The notes below the pieces were generated by a model that saw only the letters and a program-made list of their open reading frames with translations, was not told where the DNA came from and ran no database searches. A stretch of 64,000 bases of DNA from an uncultured Candidatus Saccharibacteria bacterium (lineage in GTDB: Bacteria; Patescibacteriota; Minisyncoccia; Phycocordibacterales; G965230995), in the NCBI GenBank assembly GCA_965230995.1, contig OZ246398.1:592213-656212 (forward strand), written 5' to 3'. The position numbers and the translations under genes are program-made. Positions within the stretch are counted from its first letter, which is position 1; each line of letters opens with the position of its first letter. Positions 18,207 through 27,730 of the stretch are shown here, one piece after another.

Positions 18207-19310
18207 ATGATATCGTTTACAAAAATCGATAAGTTATTTCTTGCGATTACAGCACTCTTAGTATTTGCTGGTTTTTTGATTTTTAATTCCGCTTCAATGG
18301 GATTGCTTGCCAAAGCAGGTTCGAATTTTGAAGGCGTTGCAATAAAACAAATAGTAATAGGTTTTATTGGTGGAGGTTTAATGGCTCTTGTATTATCTCA
18401 GGTTCAATATACTTTTTATAAAAAATACGCATTTTATATTTTTTTATTATCGATTATTGCAACATTACTTGTGTTTGTACCCGCATTACAGTTATCTCAT
18501 GGCGGGGCAACTAGATGGATTACTTTATTTGGTTTTTCACTCCAACCAGCTGAAATATTAAAATTTGGTTTTGTTGTTTACGTTGCTGCGTGGTTATCAA
18601 AAAATCAAAAAACAGTAAAAACTTTCAGCGGTGGTTTTGTTCCTTTTTTTATAATCTCATCAATCGTTGCTGTCATACTGTTACTTCAACCAGACACGGA
18701 TACTCTCGCTGTTATATTATTTTCAGGACTTGCAATGTATTTTGTGGCCGGAGCACCCATCAAACATATTTTGCTTTTGGTGTTAATCGGAATAATCGGA
18801 CTAGGTGGCCTTGCGTTTATAAGACCGTATATAAAAGAAAGAATGCTTACTTTGCTCCATCCAACTAGGGACATTTTAGGCTCGGGCTATCAAGTAAACC
18901 AGTCATTAATTGCAATTGGTTCTGGCGGAGTTACAGGTAGGGGGTTTGGTCAAAGCATACAAAAATTTAACTATTTACCGGAGCCAACTAGTGACTCGAT
19001 TTTTGCTGTTGCAGCCGAAGAATTCGGTTTTGTTGGTTCACTTATATTAATAATTTTGTATCTATCATTTGGATTACGTGGCCTAAATATATCAAGCAGA
19101 TCACCAGATATGTTCAGTAGACTACTCGTGCTCGGAATTGTTATAATAATCATAACGCAATCGTTCGTTAATATTTCGGCGATGCTTGCGATAATACCAC
19201 TTTCTGGAATACCGCTCGTTTTTGTAAGTCACGGAGGAACAGCAATGCTTATAGCCCTATCTCTGGTTGGTGTTATTCTTAATATTTCAACGCATTTAGT
19301 AAAAAAATGA
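18207..19310 (+). CDS. ftsW: SEDS peptidoglycan glycosyltransferase FtsW
   Basis: GATRWI, QPAEILK, LQPD, YQVNQSLIAIGSGG, LPEPTSDSIF, EEFGF; lies between mraY and murG. Confidence 0.93.
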   Translation: MISFTKIDKLFLAITALLVFAGFLIFNSASMGLLAKAGSNFEGVAIKQIVIGFIGGGLMALVLSQVQYTFYKKYAFYIFLLSIIATLLVFVPALQLSHGGATRWITLFGFSLQPAEILKFGFVVYVAAWLSKNQKTVKTFSGGFVPFFIISSIVAVILLLQPDTDTLAVILFSGLAMYFVAGAPIKHILLLVLIGIIGLGGLAFIRPYIKERMLTLLHPTRDILGSGYQVNQSLIAIGSGGVTGRGFGQSIQKFNYLPEPTSDSIFAVAAEEFGFVGSLILIILYLSFGLRGLNISSRSPDMFSRLLVLGIVIIIITQSFVNISAMLAIIPLSGIPLVFVSHGGTAMLIALSLVGVILNISTHLVKK

Positions 19311-19314
19311 CACA

Positions 19315-20436
19315 ATGATAAAAATAGTTCTTACAGGCGGAGGTACTGGTGGTCATTTCTACCCACTAATTGCTGTAGCCGAAAAACTAAAGAAAGTTTT
19401 TTCTGAAAAGGGAGTAAATGATTTCCAAATGTATTTTTTGTCACCTAGCGCCATGGATGAATCATTGCTTTCAAAGAACAATATAATATTCAAAAAAATA
19501 ATCTCTGGAAAAATCAGACTCTATCCATCGATACAAAATATTATTGATATAATAAAAATGCCCTTTGCTATTATTCAGGCTATTTTTGTAATGTTTAAAA
19601 TCTATCCTGATGTTGTTTTCTCTAAGGGGGGGTTTGGCGCTTTTCCAATTGTTTTTGCCTCTAGACTACTTTTTATTCCTGTAGTTATGCATGAATCTGA
19701 TACAGTACCCGGAAAAGTTAATTTATTTACAGGGAAATTTGCAAAAAGAATTGCCGTATCATATCCAGAGACAGGAAAATATTTTCCACTTGAGCGAGTC
19801 GCAAATACAGGACAACCCATAAGAGAAAGCGTACAGGACGGGGAAGGGACACCATCGAGCGAGATTGTTTTGGACGAAAAACTGCCGTTGATTTTTGTGA
19901 TTGGGGGATCACAGGGTTCGCAGATAATAAATGAAAATATATTGGGAGGGTTAGTAGAATTACTCAAAAGATACCAGATAGTACACCAAACCGGCGACCA
20001 AAATTTGAATGATGTAAAAATGATGGCAGACTATTTGCTCAAGGATAATATATTTAAAAATAACTACCACCCAATAGCATTCTTATCTGGTGAAAATCAG
20101 GCTTATTATGGCAAAAAATCTACAGTTGTGATTTCTAGAGCTGGCTCTGCAATTTTTGAAATTGCCGGTTGGGGAGTACCATCTATCATTATCCCCATAA
20201 CAGATTCAAACGGTGATCACCAAAGAAGAAATGCATTTTCATATGCAAGAAAAGGTGGTGCGATTGTTATCGAGGAGCGAAACCTCACATCAAATATTCT
20301 TGTATCAACAATAGATAGAATAATTTCGAATCCAGAAATAAATATCACAATGAAAAAAAGTGCATCATCATCCAGCACACCTGGGGCGTCGCTTTTGATT
20401 GCAAATGAAATAGCTAAAATTGCTTTGTCACATTAA
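19315..20436 (+). CDS. murG: Lipid II GlcNAc transferase MurG
   Basis: GGGTGGHFYP, KGGF, HESD, GGSQG, ISRAG, HQRRNA. Confidence 0.96.
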   Translation: MIKIVLTGGGTGGHFYPLIAVAEKLKKVFSEKGVNDFQMYFLSPSAMDESLLSKNNIIFKKIISGKIRLYPSIQNIIDIIKMPFAIIQAIFVMFKIYPDVVFSKGGFGAFPIVFASRLLFIPVVMHESDTVPGKVNLFTGKFAKRIAVSYPETGKYFPLERVANTGQPIRESVQDGEGTPSSEIVLDEKLPLIFVIGGSQGSQIINENILGGLVELLKRYQIVHQTGDQNLNDVKMMADYLLKDNIFKNNYHPIAFLSGENQAYYGKKSTVVISRAGSAIFEIAGWGVPSIIIPITDSNGDHQRRNAFSYARKGGAIVIEERNLTSNILVSTIDRIISNPEINITMKKSASSSSTPGASLLIANEIAKIALSH

Positions 20437-20438
20437 TT

Positions 20439-21737
20439 ATGATTTTAGAAAAAATAATCAATAAACATAAAGCAGTTTCGATATTAATATCAATATCTGT
20501 AATATTTGGTTTATTTTTTTCCGCCAGTCCAACCGTTAAATCTGAAACCATCGATGAATTACGAAGACAAATAAACGAAACCAATAACGAAAAAGCAAGA
20601 ATCGAAGAAGAGATAGAAAAATACAAAAAGGAATTAAACGAGGTTGGTGCAGAAAAAGACACTTTGGCTAACAAAATTAAGCTCCTTGAAACCACACAAA
20701 AAAAATTAAATGCTGATATTTCTCTAACACAAAACAAAATAAATTCTGCTAGTTTTACTATTGCAGAATTACAAGGTGAAGTAAAAAAGACAGAAAAAAA
20801 AATTGATAACAATAATATGGCGATTGCAAAAACGATCCGCAATATTAATATGATTGAGAATGTCTCTTTTATAGAAATTATCCTTACGAAAGATTCTCGC
20901 GATGTTTGGAACGAGATTGGCTCTCTCGAACAGCTTCAAAATGGATTACGAACGAATGTCTCTGAGTTACAAAATCAAAAAGAACTTTACATAAAACAAA
21001 AAGCAGAACAAGAAGCAAAAAAGAAAGAGCTTCAGGAATTACAAAACGAACTAGGGGACAGAAAACAAATTGTTGATTTAAATAAAAAAGAGCAGAACAC
21101 ATTACTTACAGAAACAGCAAACAAGGAAACTGAGTACAAAAGAATATTAGCTGAAAAAGAATCACTCAGAAAGAAATTTGAGCAAGAATTAGAGGAATAC
21201 GAAAATCAGATTAGTTACATATTAAACCCTTCAAAATTGCCACCGGCAGGCTCTGGTGTTCTTTCATGGCCACTCGACAAGGTCTATATAACACAAAATT
21301 TTGGCGTAACATCAGCATCAGGTAGATTGTACGCATCCGGAAGCCATAATGGTGTAGATTTTAGAGCTCCAATCGGTACCAGAGTCCTTTCTGCAGGTGA
21401 TGGATTTATTGTTGGAACGGGGGATACTGACGTTCAAAAAGGTTGCTATTCTTACGGAAAATGGGTTCTTGTAGAACATCCGAACGGACTTTCTACTGTT
21501 TATGGTCACTTAAGCAGAATTCCAGACAATATAATTCCAGGAAAAAAAGTTAAGGCCGGTGACGTGATAGCATATTCTGGAAGTAGCGGATATTCTACCG
21601 GTCCACATCTCCATTTGTCAGTTTTTGCACCTGGAGGCGTACAGATAGGAAGAAATGTAAATAGTAAATATTGCAAAAACGTTTCCATACCGCTTGCAAG
21701 CACAAAAGCATATTTGGATCCTCTTTTGTATTTATAA
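20439..21737 (+). CDS. Coiled-coil M23 family peptidoglycan endopeptidase (EnvC/CwlO-like)
   Basis: Signal peptide, long coiled coil, HNGVDF, YGHLS, STGPHLH. Confidence 0.9.
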   Translation: MILEKIINKHKAVSILISISVIFGLFFSASPTVKSETIDELRRQINETNNEKARIEEEIEKYKKELNEVGAEKDTLANKIKLLETTQKKLNADISLTQNKINSASFTIAELQGEVKKTEKKIDNNNMAIAKTIRNINMIENVSFIEIILTKDSRDVWNEIGSLEQLQNGLRTNVSELQNQKELYIKQKAEQEAKKKELQELQNELGDRKQIVDLNKKEQNTLLTETANKETEYKRILAEKESLRKKFEQELEEYENQISYILNPSKLPPAGSGVLSWPLDKVYITQNFGVTSASGRLYASGSHNGVDFRAPIGTRVLSAGDGFIVGTGDTDVQKGCYSYGKWVLVEHPNGLSTVYGHLSRIPDNIIPGKKVKAGDVIAYSGSSGYSTGPHLHLSVFAPGGVQIGRNVNSKYCKNVSIPLASTKAYLDPLLYL

Positions 21738-21761
21738 TATTAAAATTATATAATTCTATAT

Positions 21762-22055
21762 ATGAAAAAAGACCAAAGGGGATTTCTACAAATAATAATC
21801 GTTATAATTATTGCTCTCGCACTTCTCAAATTTGTATTTGATTTTAATATTATAGATTTTATCAAAAAGCCAAAGGTAGCCGAGACTATTAGCTACATCT
21901 GGAACGACATTATTTTATTCCTTTGGAATAACTACATTGAGGGACCGTTTTTCTGGGCATTTAAAAATGTAAAACTTCTTGCAAAAATCGGCTGGGAGAA
22001 TTTTATATTTGTTCTAGATAAAATAAAAGAAATAATAATCGAAATAAAAAAGTAG
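21762..22055 (+). CDS. Small membrane protein with a prepilin-like N-terminus
   Basis: MKKDQRG|FLQIIIVIIIALALL. Confidence 0.6.
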   Translation: MKKDQRGFLQIIIVIIIALALLKFVFDFNIIDFIKKPKVAETISYIWNDIILFLWNNYIEGPFFWAFKNVKLLAKIGWENFIFVLDKIKEIIIEIKK

Positions 22056-22443
22056 TTTTTCAAAATTTTATTTTTAGTAGGGGACAAAAATTTTGCATTT
22101 TAACAGAATACTATCTCTAATCTAGAAAAGAACCTTCGACTAGGCATTTATCATTTATAGCCAAAAAACGAGCTCAAAACTGAGCTAGGACGAATTCAAG
22201 GAAAGACAGATGACTACTTAGTCATCTTCTTTTTATTTAAAAATTCAATTTATTGAATATTTAAAAAATTTTAGAGAAAAATGATTTTGCTAGTCGGATA
22301 GAGAGTGAAGGGAATTAAAATAATTATTTATTTAGATAAATTATTATTTTAATATTAATATTTTTTATTTATTTAATTAGAGGGAATATGTATTTGGCTC
22401 AATATTAATATAAATAATAACCCAGCCATATTCTTTATTTATT

Positions 22444-22471
22444 GTGTCGCAAAAGATATATTGTGCGACAC
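22444..22471. other. Candidate dif (Xer recombination) site
   Basis: GTGTCGCAAAA-GATATA-TTGTGCGACAC: 11-6-11 inverted repeat in an AT-rich ~500-bp intergenic region where gene orientation converges. Confidence 0.65.
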
Positions 22472-22599
22472 ATATCTAGTATTCCCCTTTAATAAACTAG
22501 TGAGTGAATTAACGCAAAAATATTTTCTATAAATGGTTACTTATTAATTGTTTATCCCCCAAGTCCTCTGGCTTGGGGGAAATTTGTGCACGATATTGT

Positions 22600-23040
22600 T
22601 TAGTGTTGCAAGCACTTTCTTCCACCTCGAATGTAGCAGTTGTGATTGCCGTCATGACCAGAGACGAGGATCTGTACAACCTCACTCAAGAATGTACAGA
22701 AGCCCTCTGCGGATTGCACCGACTGCCCTCTCCATTCGATAACACCACCCGAAAAGAGCTTGATGTTATCTACCACGATTGAACGTCGAGAAAAGTCACC
22801 AGCATCAGACTCTCTTTCAATCAAGACCTCCTCGACACGGCAAATGCAAAGAGTCATTGATGGCGCATCGAAGATTCCTGGTTCCTCAGTATCACCGAGA
22901 AACCAGTTAAGGTCAGAAAGTGTCTTGCAGTGACGCATCCCATTAGACTCGATCGCCTTCACGATTCGAAGGGTTGAACTGGTCGCACCGACAAGAAGCT
23001 CAAGTGAAGCATCTTTTCTAACGATGTTGATTTCCATCAC
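22600..23040 (-). CDS. Hypothetical protein (GC-rich stand-alone gene)
   Basis: Upstream TGTATAAT, GGGAG SD, downstream hairpin CCCCCAAG/CTTGGGGG (22556-22579). Confidence 0.6.
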   Translation of the reverse strand: MMEINIVRKDASLELLVGATSSTLRIVKAIESNGMRHCKTLSDLNWFLGDTEEPGIFDAPSMTLCICRVEEVLIERESDAGDFSRRSIVVDNIKLFSGGVIEWRGQSVQSAEGFCTFLSEVVQILVSGHDGNHNCYIRGGRKCLQH

Positions 23041-23256
23041 GTTAATGTCTCCCTTTGGGGGTATGGAGAAGTTTCAAGGTTCAGAACAAGAAGCTAGGAG
23101 ATATCCAAGACCTAATTATACACCCACCAGAATTTTATACAATCAATTAAAAGAATGGGGCTTCCTTCGCAATATATAACAAAACAATAAGGCCCGAGGG
23201 CGGCCTTATTGCCGACACTCGGGTCGTTGGTTGCCAATAGATATTGGCCCCTCTAC

Positions 23257-23589
23257 CTATGCAATCCGACTGCCTCGCTTCCTCGCCCCGAATCTAATAA
23301 CGGGCGGAAGCCCCTTTCTAAGGTCTGTGATGACCTTTCGAGACACGAGTGCCCTGAAAGCACAGTAGCCGACTGCTGTAAGTTGCAAAACAAAAAACAA
23401 GGCACAAATAATACTGATGATGATACCGTCCTCGATCTGAACAAAGACGTAGTACCAGTATCCGATAAAGACGAGTGTCTGTACATCAACGGATACCTCA
23501 GAAAGACGGCGCCGAAAGATAAAAACAAAACAGTACCAAGCCGCCACCGCAAGTGTCACGAAGGGTTGCAGAAGGATGTCGTTCAACAT
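23257..23589 (-). CDS. Hypothetical membrane protein
   Basis: AAGGAG SD before ATG 23589; 2-3 hydrophobic segments; hairpin near 23186-23211. Confidence 0.6.
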   Translation of the reverse strand: MLNDILLQPFVTLAVAAWYCFVFIFRRRLSEVSVDVQTLVFIGYWYYVFVQIEDGIIISIICALFFVLQLTAVGYCAFRALVSRKVITDLRKGLPPVIRFGARKRGSRIA

Positions 23590-23636
23590 GGCAAGGTTCT
23601 CCTTGGTTACAAAAGTACAATACAATAAATCAAGAC

Positions 23637-23675
23637 AAAAAACAAGACGCCCCGTAAGGGGCGTCTTGTTTTTTA
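23637..23675. terminator. Strong terminator hairpin
   Basis: AAAAACAAGACGCCCC-GTAA-GGGGCGTCTTGTTTTT. Confidence 0.8.
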
Positions 23676-23676
23676 T

Positions 23677-24126
23677 TTAGTTAGAAGCAACTTGCAAAGA
23701 CTTTGACCAACACTTTGATGATGCGCTCCATGGCTGGAGACCTTGCTTATCATAAAGATATTTACCATAAGCGAGGTTACCCTCAAGTGTTTCGATATCA
23801 AGACCAAGCTTTTCAGCAGTCTTTCTGTGATAAAATTCGTTGATTTGCATCACTCCAATATCACGATTATCGACTTTTCCTCTTAGAACTTCACCTGAAG
23901 CTGTGAAGTGCGTAAGTGATGACTCACATTTCGCAACCTCAACTAGTACTGGTGTTTCCTTATAATACTGGATTACGATGTCCTTAGTATTTAGAGGAAT
24001 GTCTGTCTTTGTTGTTGATTCTGTCGAAGTGCCTTCTGTTACAGGTGCATTGTCATTTGGCAACGCGTTATTTCCTGTAAACATCTGTGCGATACTAATT
24101 AATCCTAGAGCTGTGATGTAAAAAAT
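23677..24126 (-). CDS. Lysozyme-fold / lytic transglycosylase-like secreted protein (start uncertain)
   Basis: VAKCES catalytic Glu motif, GVMQIN, GLQPW; an in-frame hydrophobic stretch (IFYITALGLISIAQ) precedes ATG 24084. Confidence 0.8.
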   Translation of the reverse strand: MFYITALGLISIAQMFTGNNALPNDNAPVTEGTSTESTTKTDIPLNTKDIVIQYYKETPVLVEVAKCESSLTHFTASGEVLRGKVDNRDIGVMQINEFYHRKTAEKLGLDIETLEGNLAYGKYLYDKQGLQPWSASSKCWSKSLQVASN

Positions 24127-24425
24127 ACATGAAGCTTAGATGATAATTCAGAAAATATAAGGTAATTTGCCAGAGCTCGCGACCACTTTCGTTGTTTAGA
24201 GCCTTGGCAATTAAAAACACCAGCTGTTAACTGATGTACGTATATTGTAGCATACCCTACCCTGTTCTGTCAAGCTATTTTGTGTCTCAATTATATAAAA
24301 TACCTTTATTTATAGCCATATTTATTGTATAATTACCACGCTAAAAATATGCCTTTTTGTCAAAATCCACTAAAAAACACTCTACTTAAAAACTTCAGAG
24401 AAATTAACTGTTCCCTAGTAGTGAT

Positions 24426-24605
24426 TTATATTGCCATTCCAGTAGAAGCTACTGAATCTATACCCTGCGAAGCTATTGATAGCCCCTTTGTGACAATAGT
24501 TAGGAGACTTATGATAATATCCTGCCCTTGTGTAAATACATCTGGAGCAAATGCTCTGATCGCAACTAGCGCGATAATTAGACCGATGACTCGCAAAATA
24601 GGCAT
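24426..24605 (-). CDS. Unannotated 59-aa membrane protein MPILRVIGLIIALVAIRAFAPDVFTQGQDIIISLLTIVTKGLSIASQGIDSVASTGMAI
   Basis: Translated by hand; lies downstream of a TTGACA/TATAAT promoter (24766-24739) and a structured 5' UTR. Confidence 0.6.
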   Translation of the reverse strand: MPILRVIGLIIALVAIRAFAPDVFTQGQDIIISLLTIVTKGLSIASQGIDSVASTGMAI

Positions 24606-24793
24606 ACTTTTTTGTCGAGGGGTCTTGTTATCGCGTCGACTAAACGCTTAGGGATAAATTCCCATACCCCTCTTCCCTACAAAGAATTATTTCCGTACAC
24701 GGAAGAGGGTCTTGTGCATTTAAATGAACGATTAATACATTATAGCCATCCATTTTTGAATGTCAATAGTTTTATAGCATATATGAGATAATC

Positions 24794-25375
24794 CTAGAAT
24801 CTAATAGGAAATTCCTTGAATTGTGGAAGCAGGTTTTTACCGTAGAGTAGCCTACTAAAAGCTTCTGCTTCGTATAATGCACCCGTTAAAGCGCTTGTGT
24901 GTGGTCTTGGTTCAGCTGGGATACCGACATAAGCCATTATCGAATCACTATCCAGAGCCGAGCGGTTTTTCATTACTGGATATTCTTTGCCTCTATTTGC
25001 AAGGTGCGTGATACAAACAGAATGTAGGTCAATGGTCCTTTTTGCAATTGTATTGTTAATTTTGTATCTCTCACAAGTAGCATTGAGAAAACCCATATCA
25101 AAAGCAGGGTTCTGTCCTGCCAGAGTATGATCTTCGGATTTCATTATGAATTTTAGAAACATAGACACTATTTCTTCGTCTGTAGGTAGGTCTTTGTTTT
25201 CTATATCAGAAAAACCATTGTAATCTAGGGCGTCCTTGTCTACCTTTGCACCCTCAAATAGTCTGCATTTCATATCAAAAGTCCTAGTACAATCAAGGGT
25301 ATCTATTGCCCCAATTGCTAGAATTCCGTGTTGGTATGGGTTTGTACCCGATGTTTCTATATCTACTACTATCAT
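24794..25375 (-). CDS. DEDDh 3'-5' exonuclease (DnaQ/RNase T-like)
   Basis: VVDIETSG, GQNPAFDMGFL, TIDL, PHTSAL. Confidence 0.85.
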   Translation of the reverse strand: MIVVDIETSGTNPYQHGILAIGAIDTLDCTRTFDMKCRLFEGAKVDKDALDYNGFSDIENKDLPTDEEIVSMFLKFIMKSEDHTLAGQNPAFDMGFLNATCERYKINNTIAKRTIDLHSVCITHLANRGKEYPVMKNRSALDSDSIMAYVGIPAEPRPHTSALTGALYEAEAFSRLLYGKNLLPQFKEFPIRF

Positions 25376-25377
25376 AT

Positions 25378-25554
25378 TTATTGGTTAGTTATTGTAATCG
25401 GCGTCTTTTCTGGTGTTTTGCTTGAAATCGCTGTGATTCTGCCTATTGCAAAGGAAAAAAGACAAAAAGACAGGAAGATTATTCCAATTAGTATTTCCCT
25501 ACTGGGCAGCCTGCTGGGGATATTGCTTTTTTCATCATTATTATGTATACTCAT
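25378..25554 (-). CDS. Small single-TM protein
   Basis: ILIGIIFLSFCLFSFAIGR helix; ends 2 nt before the exonuclease gene. Confidence 0.5.
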   Translation of the reverse strand: MSIHNNDEKSNIPSRLPSREILIGIIFLSFCLFSFAIGRITAISSKTPEKTPITITNQ

Positions 25555-25596
25555 CCCCATACATTTTAACATTATTCAGGAAAGAAACTAGGGACC

Positions 25597-25869
25597 ATGG
25601 CAACAAAAAAATCAGGTGGAACAGTCAAAAACGGCCGAGATTCAAATCCAAAATATTTGGGTATTAAGGTTAATAATGGAGCAAAAGCATCTGCTGGCTC
25701 TATTATAGTTAGACAAAGAGGAACAAAATTCATCGCCGGAAAGAACGTAGAAATGGGAAAGGATAATACTATTTTTGCAGTGAAAGAAGGTATTGTTTCT
25801 ATCACAGACAAGAGAAAGAAACATTTTGACAACACTACTGTCTCGAGAAAATTGGTAGAGGTTAAATAA
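25597..25869 (+). CDS. rpmA: 50S ribosomal protein L27
   Basis: [32 protein letters not shown]. Confidence 0.98.
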   Translation: MATKKSGGTVKNGRDSNPKYLGIKVNNGAKASAGSIIVRQRGTKFIAGKNVEMGKDNTIFAVKEGIVSITDKRKKHFDNTTVSRKLVEVK

Positions 25870-25870
25870 A

Positions 25871-25920
25871 TAAACACAAAAGAAAAATCCCGCTTTTGCG
25901 GGATTTTTCTTTTGTGTTTA
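25871..25920. terminator. Bidirectional terminator between rpmA and rplI
   Basis: Perfect inverted repeat of at least 23 bp around a TTTT loop. Confidence 0.85.
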
Positions 25921-26361
25921 TTTTGCTTCTACAATGAGTTTGAATTTTGTCTCTACCTTGCCGGCTTTAACCTCGATTTCGTATTCTCCGACTTCTTTGA
26001 TTGGTTTTTCAAGAATAACGAAATCTGGATCTAGAACTAGGCCTGTCTGCTTTTCAAGTTCTGCAAGCAATTCTGATTTATGTATTCCAGCGAATAAATG
26101 ACCTTTTTCGTTTACTTTGTCTGACATTCTTACGGTAGCTGTTTTTATGTCTTCAACGTTTTTCTCGAGTAAATCTGCTTGAATTTGCTTCTCTGTAACA
26201 TTATTCTTCTTTTCTAGTTCTGCCCACTTTATTTTACCTTCTGTTGCCTGTACTGCCTTTTTCTGTGGAATAAGGAAATTAAGAGCATGTCCGTTTGCCA
26301 CTTCGACTACATCATATTTCTTCCCGATACTTCGTACATCTGCAAGTAATACAACTTTCAT
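25918..26361 (-). CDS. rplI: 50S ribosomal protein L9
   Basis: MKVVLLADV, GHALNFLIP, GHLFAGI, PIKEVG. Confidence 0.96.
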   Translation of the reverse strand: MKVVLLADVRSIGKKYDVVEVANGHALNFLIPQKKAVQATEGKIKWAELEKKNNVTEKQIQADLLEKNVEDIKTATVRMSDKVNEKGHLFAGIHKSELLAELEKQTGLVLDPDFVILEKPIKEVGEYEIEVKAGKVETKFKLIVEAK

Positions 26362-26401
26362 ATTTTTTCTTATTTATCCTTTATAGTTACTATTTCTACC
26401 A

Positions 26402-27643
26402 TTATTTCTTTAATATTTCAACCGCTTTTTCCATCTGAACATCTTTCTTGTTTTTTATATCTTCGTCTGAAAAATCAACGATATAGTCTGGCGTCAATCC
26501 ACCATCAGAGATAGAAAGACCGTTTGGTGTAAGCCACCTTGCAATGGTTACCTTTAGTGATGTGTCTCTCGTGATATCAACTAATTCCTGCACCGATCCC
26601 TTACCAAATGATTTTGATCCGACCAGTTTTGCAACTCCGTGTTCAGATAGTGCCCCAGCCAAAATTTCGCTTGCGGATGCAGAACCTTCATTTATAAGAA
26701 TAACAGTTTTGTAAATGTCTTTTTTAAATAGATTATATCCCCTGCTTCTGTATATTTCTTCTTTTCCGTTACCAAAATCCTCTCTTAGGACAACTTCACC
26801 TTCTGGTAGAAACCAGCTTGCCATATCAACTGCAGCCTCGAGATAACCACCAGGATTGCCTCGTAAATCTATTATCAAATTTCGCTCTTTTGATTTTGCA
26901 AATTCCATAAGAGCCTCTTTGAATTTTGTTGCAGAGTTTTCAGAAAAACTATAGAGACTGATTACAAACACACCATCTTTTGTTTTGTGTTCTGTTTTTA
27001 TTACTGGAACCTCTATGTTATCTCGGATTATTTTTATATCGATTATTTCAGATTCCTTTCTGGCAACAGAAAGAACTACAGTAGTACCTCTTTCACCACG
27101 TATTTTTGTAATTGCGGATTCTACGGAAAGTCCTTGGGCGCTTTTGCCGTCAATTGAAACGATAATATCTTCTGGTAAAAGTCCTGCCTTTTCTGCTGGG
27201 GAATTTTTTAGTGGACTCACGACGACAATACTTCCATCTTTTGCAGAAAGTTCTGCTCCAATACCACTAAAACTACCGCTGATTTCTTCAGAAAAAGCCT
27301 TGGCATCTTCTGGAGGAAAGAAAACAGTATGTGGATCTCCAAGAGAAGCCGTCATTCCTTTTATTGCACCCCAAACTCTGTCTTGATCAGAAATATTTTG
27401 AGTCGATGATGATGTTGCTATAAATTTTTCATCTAGCACGTTCCACGCTTTCCAGAAAGGAGCAAAATCAATTGCGTTTGGAGAAATATTTTTTGCTTCA
27501 GTATTTTTTAAAGTTGGAACAGAAAATTCTTTATATGTATTGTGTGTCCCGAGAGAATATCCTCCAAAAAAAGAAATTCCGATCACAATAATGACCAAAA
27601 AAGAAATTATGGAATATTTTGTTGTTAGATCATTATCGTTCAT
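26402..27643 (-). CDS. C-terminal processing protease (S41A, CtpA/Prc)
   Basis: DPHT, PDZ GIGA, DLRGNPGG, SASASEI, GKGSVQ. Start moved to MNDND. Confidence 0.93.
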   Translation of the reverse strand: MNDNDLTTKYSIISFLVIIVIGISFFGGYSLGTHNTYKEFSVPTLKNTEAKNISPNAIDFAPFWKAWNVLDEKFIATSSSTQNISDQDRVWGAIKGMTASLGDPHTVFFPPEDAKAFSEEISGSFSGIGAELSAKDGSIVVVSPLKNSPAEKAGLLPEDIIVSIDGKSAQGLSVESAITKIRGERGTTVVLSVARKESEIIDIKIIRDNIEVPVIKTEHKTKDGVFVISLYSFSENSATKFKEALMEFAKSKERNLIIDLRGNPGGYLEAAVDMASWFLPEGEVVLREDFGNGKEEIYRSRGYNLFKKDIYKTVILINEGSASASEILAGALSEHGVAKLVGSKSFGKGSVQELVDITRDTSLKVTIARWLTPNGLSISDGGLTPDYIVDFSDEDIKNKKDVQMEKAVEILKK

Positions 27644-27730
27644 TTGTTTTGCTATTATCTCAAAGTATAAGCCGACGGTCAAACAAATATTTTCTCTTCT
27701 TTAAATTTTGGAAACTGCTATAATCTCAAT

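Noticed and set aside
22240-22440. Extremely AT-rich stretch as a DNA-unwinding element of oriC
   Set aside because: There are no clustered DnaA boxes; convergent genes and a dif-like site favour the terminus.
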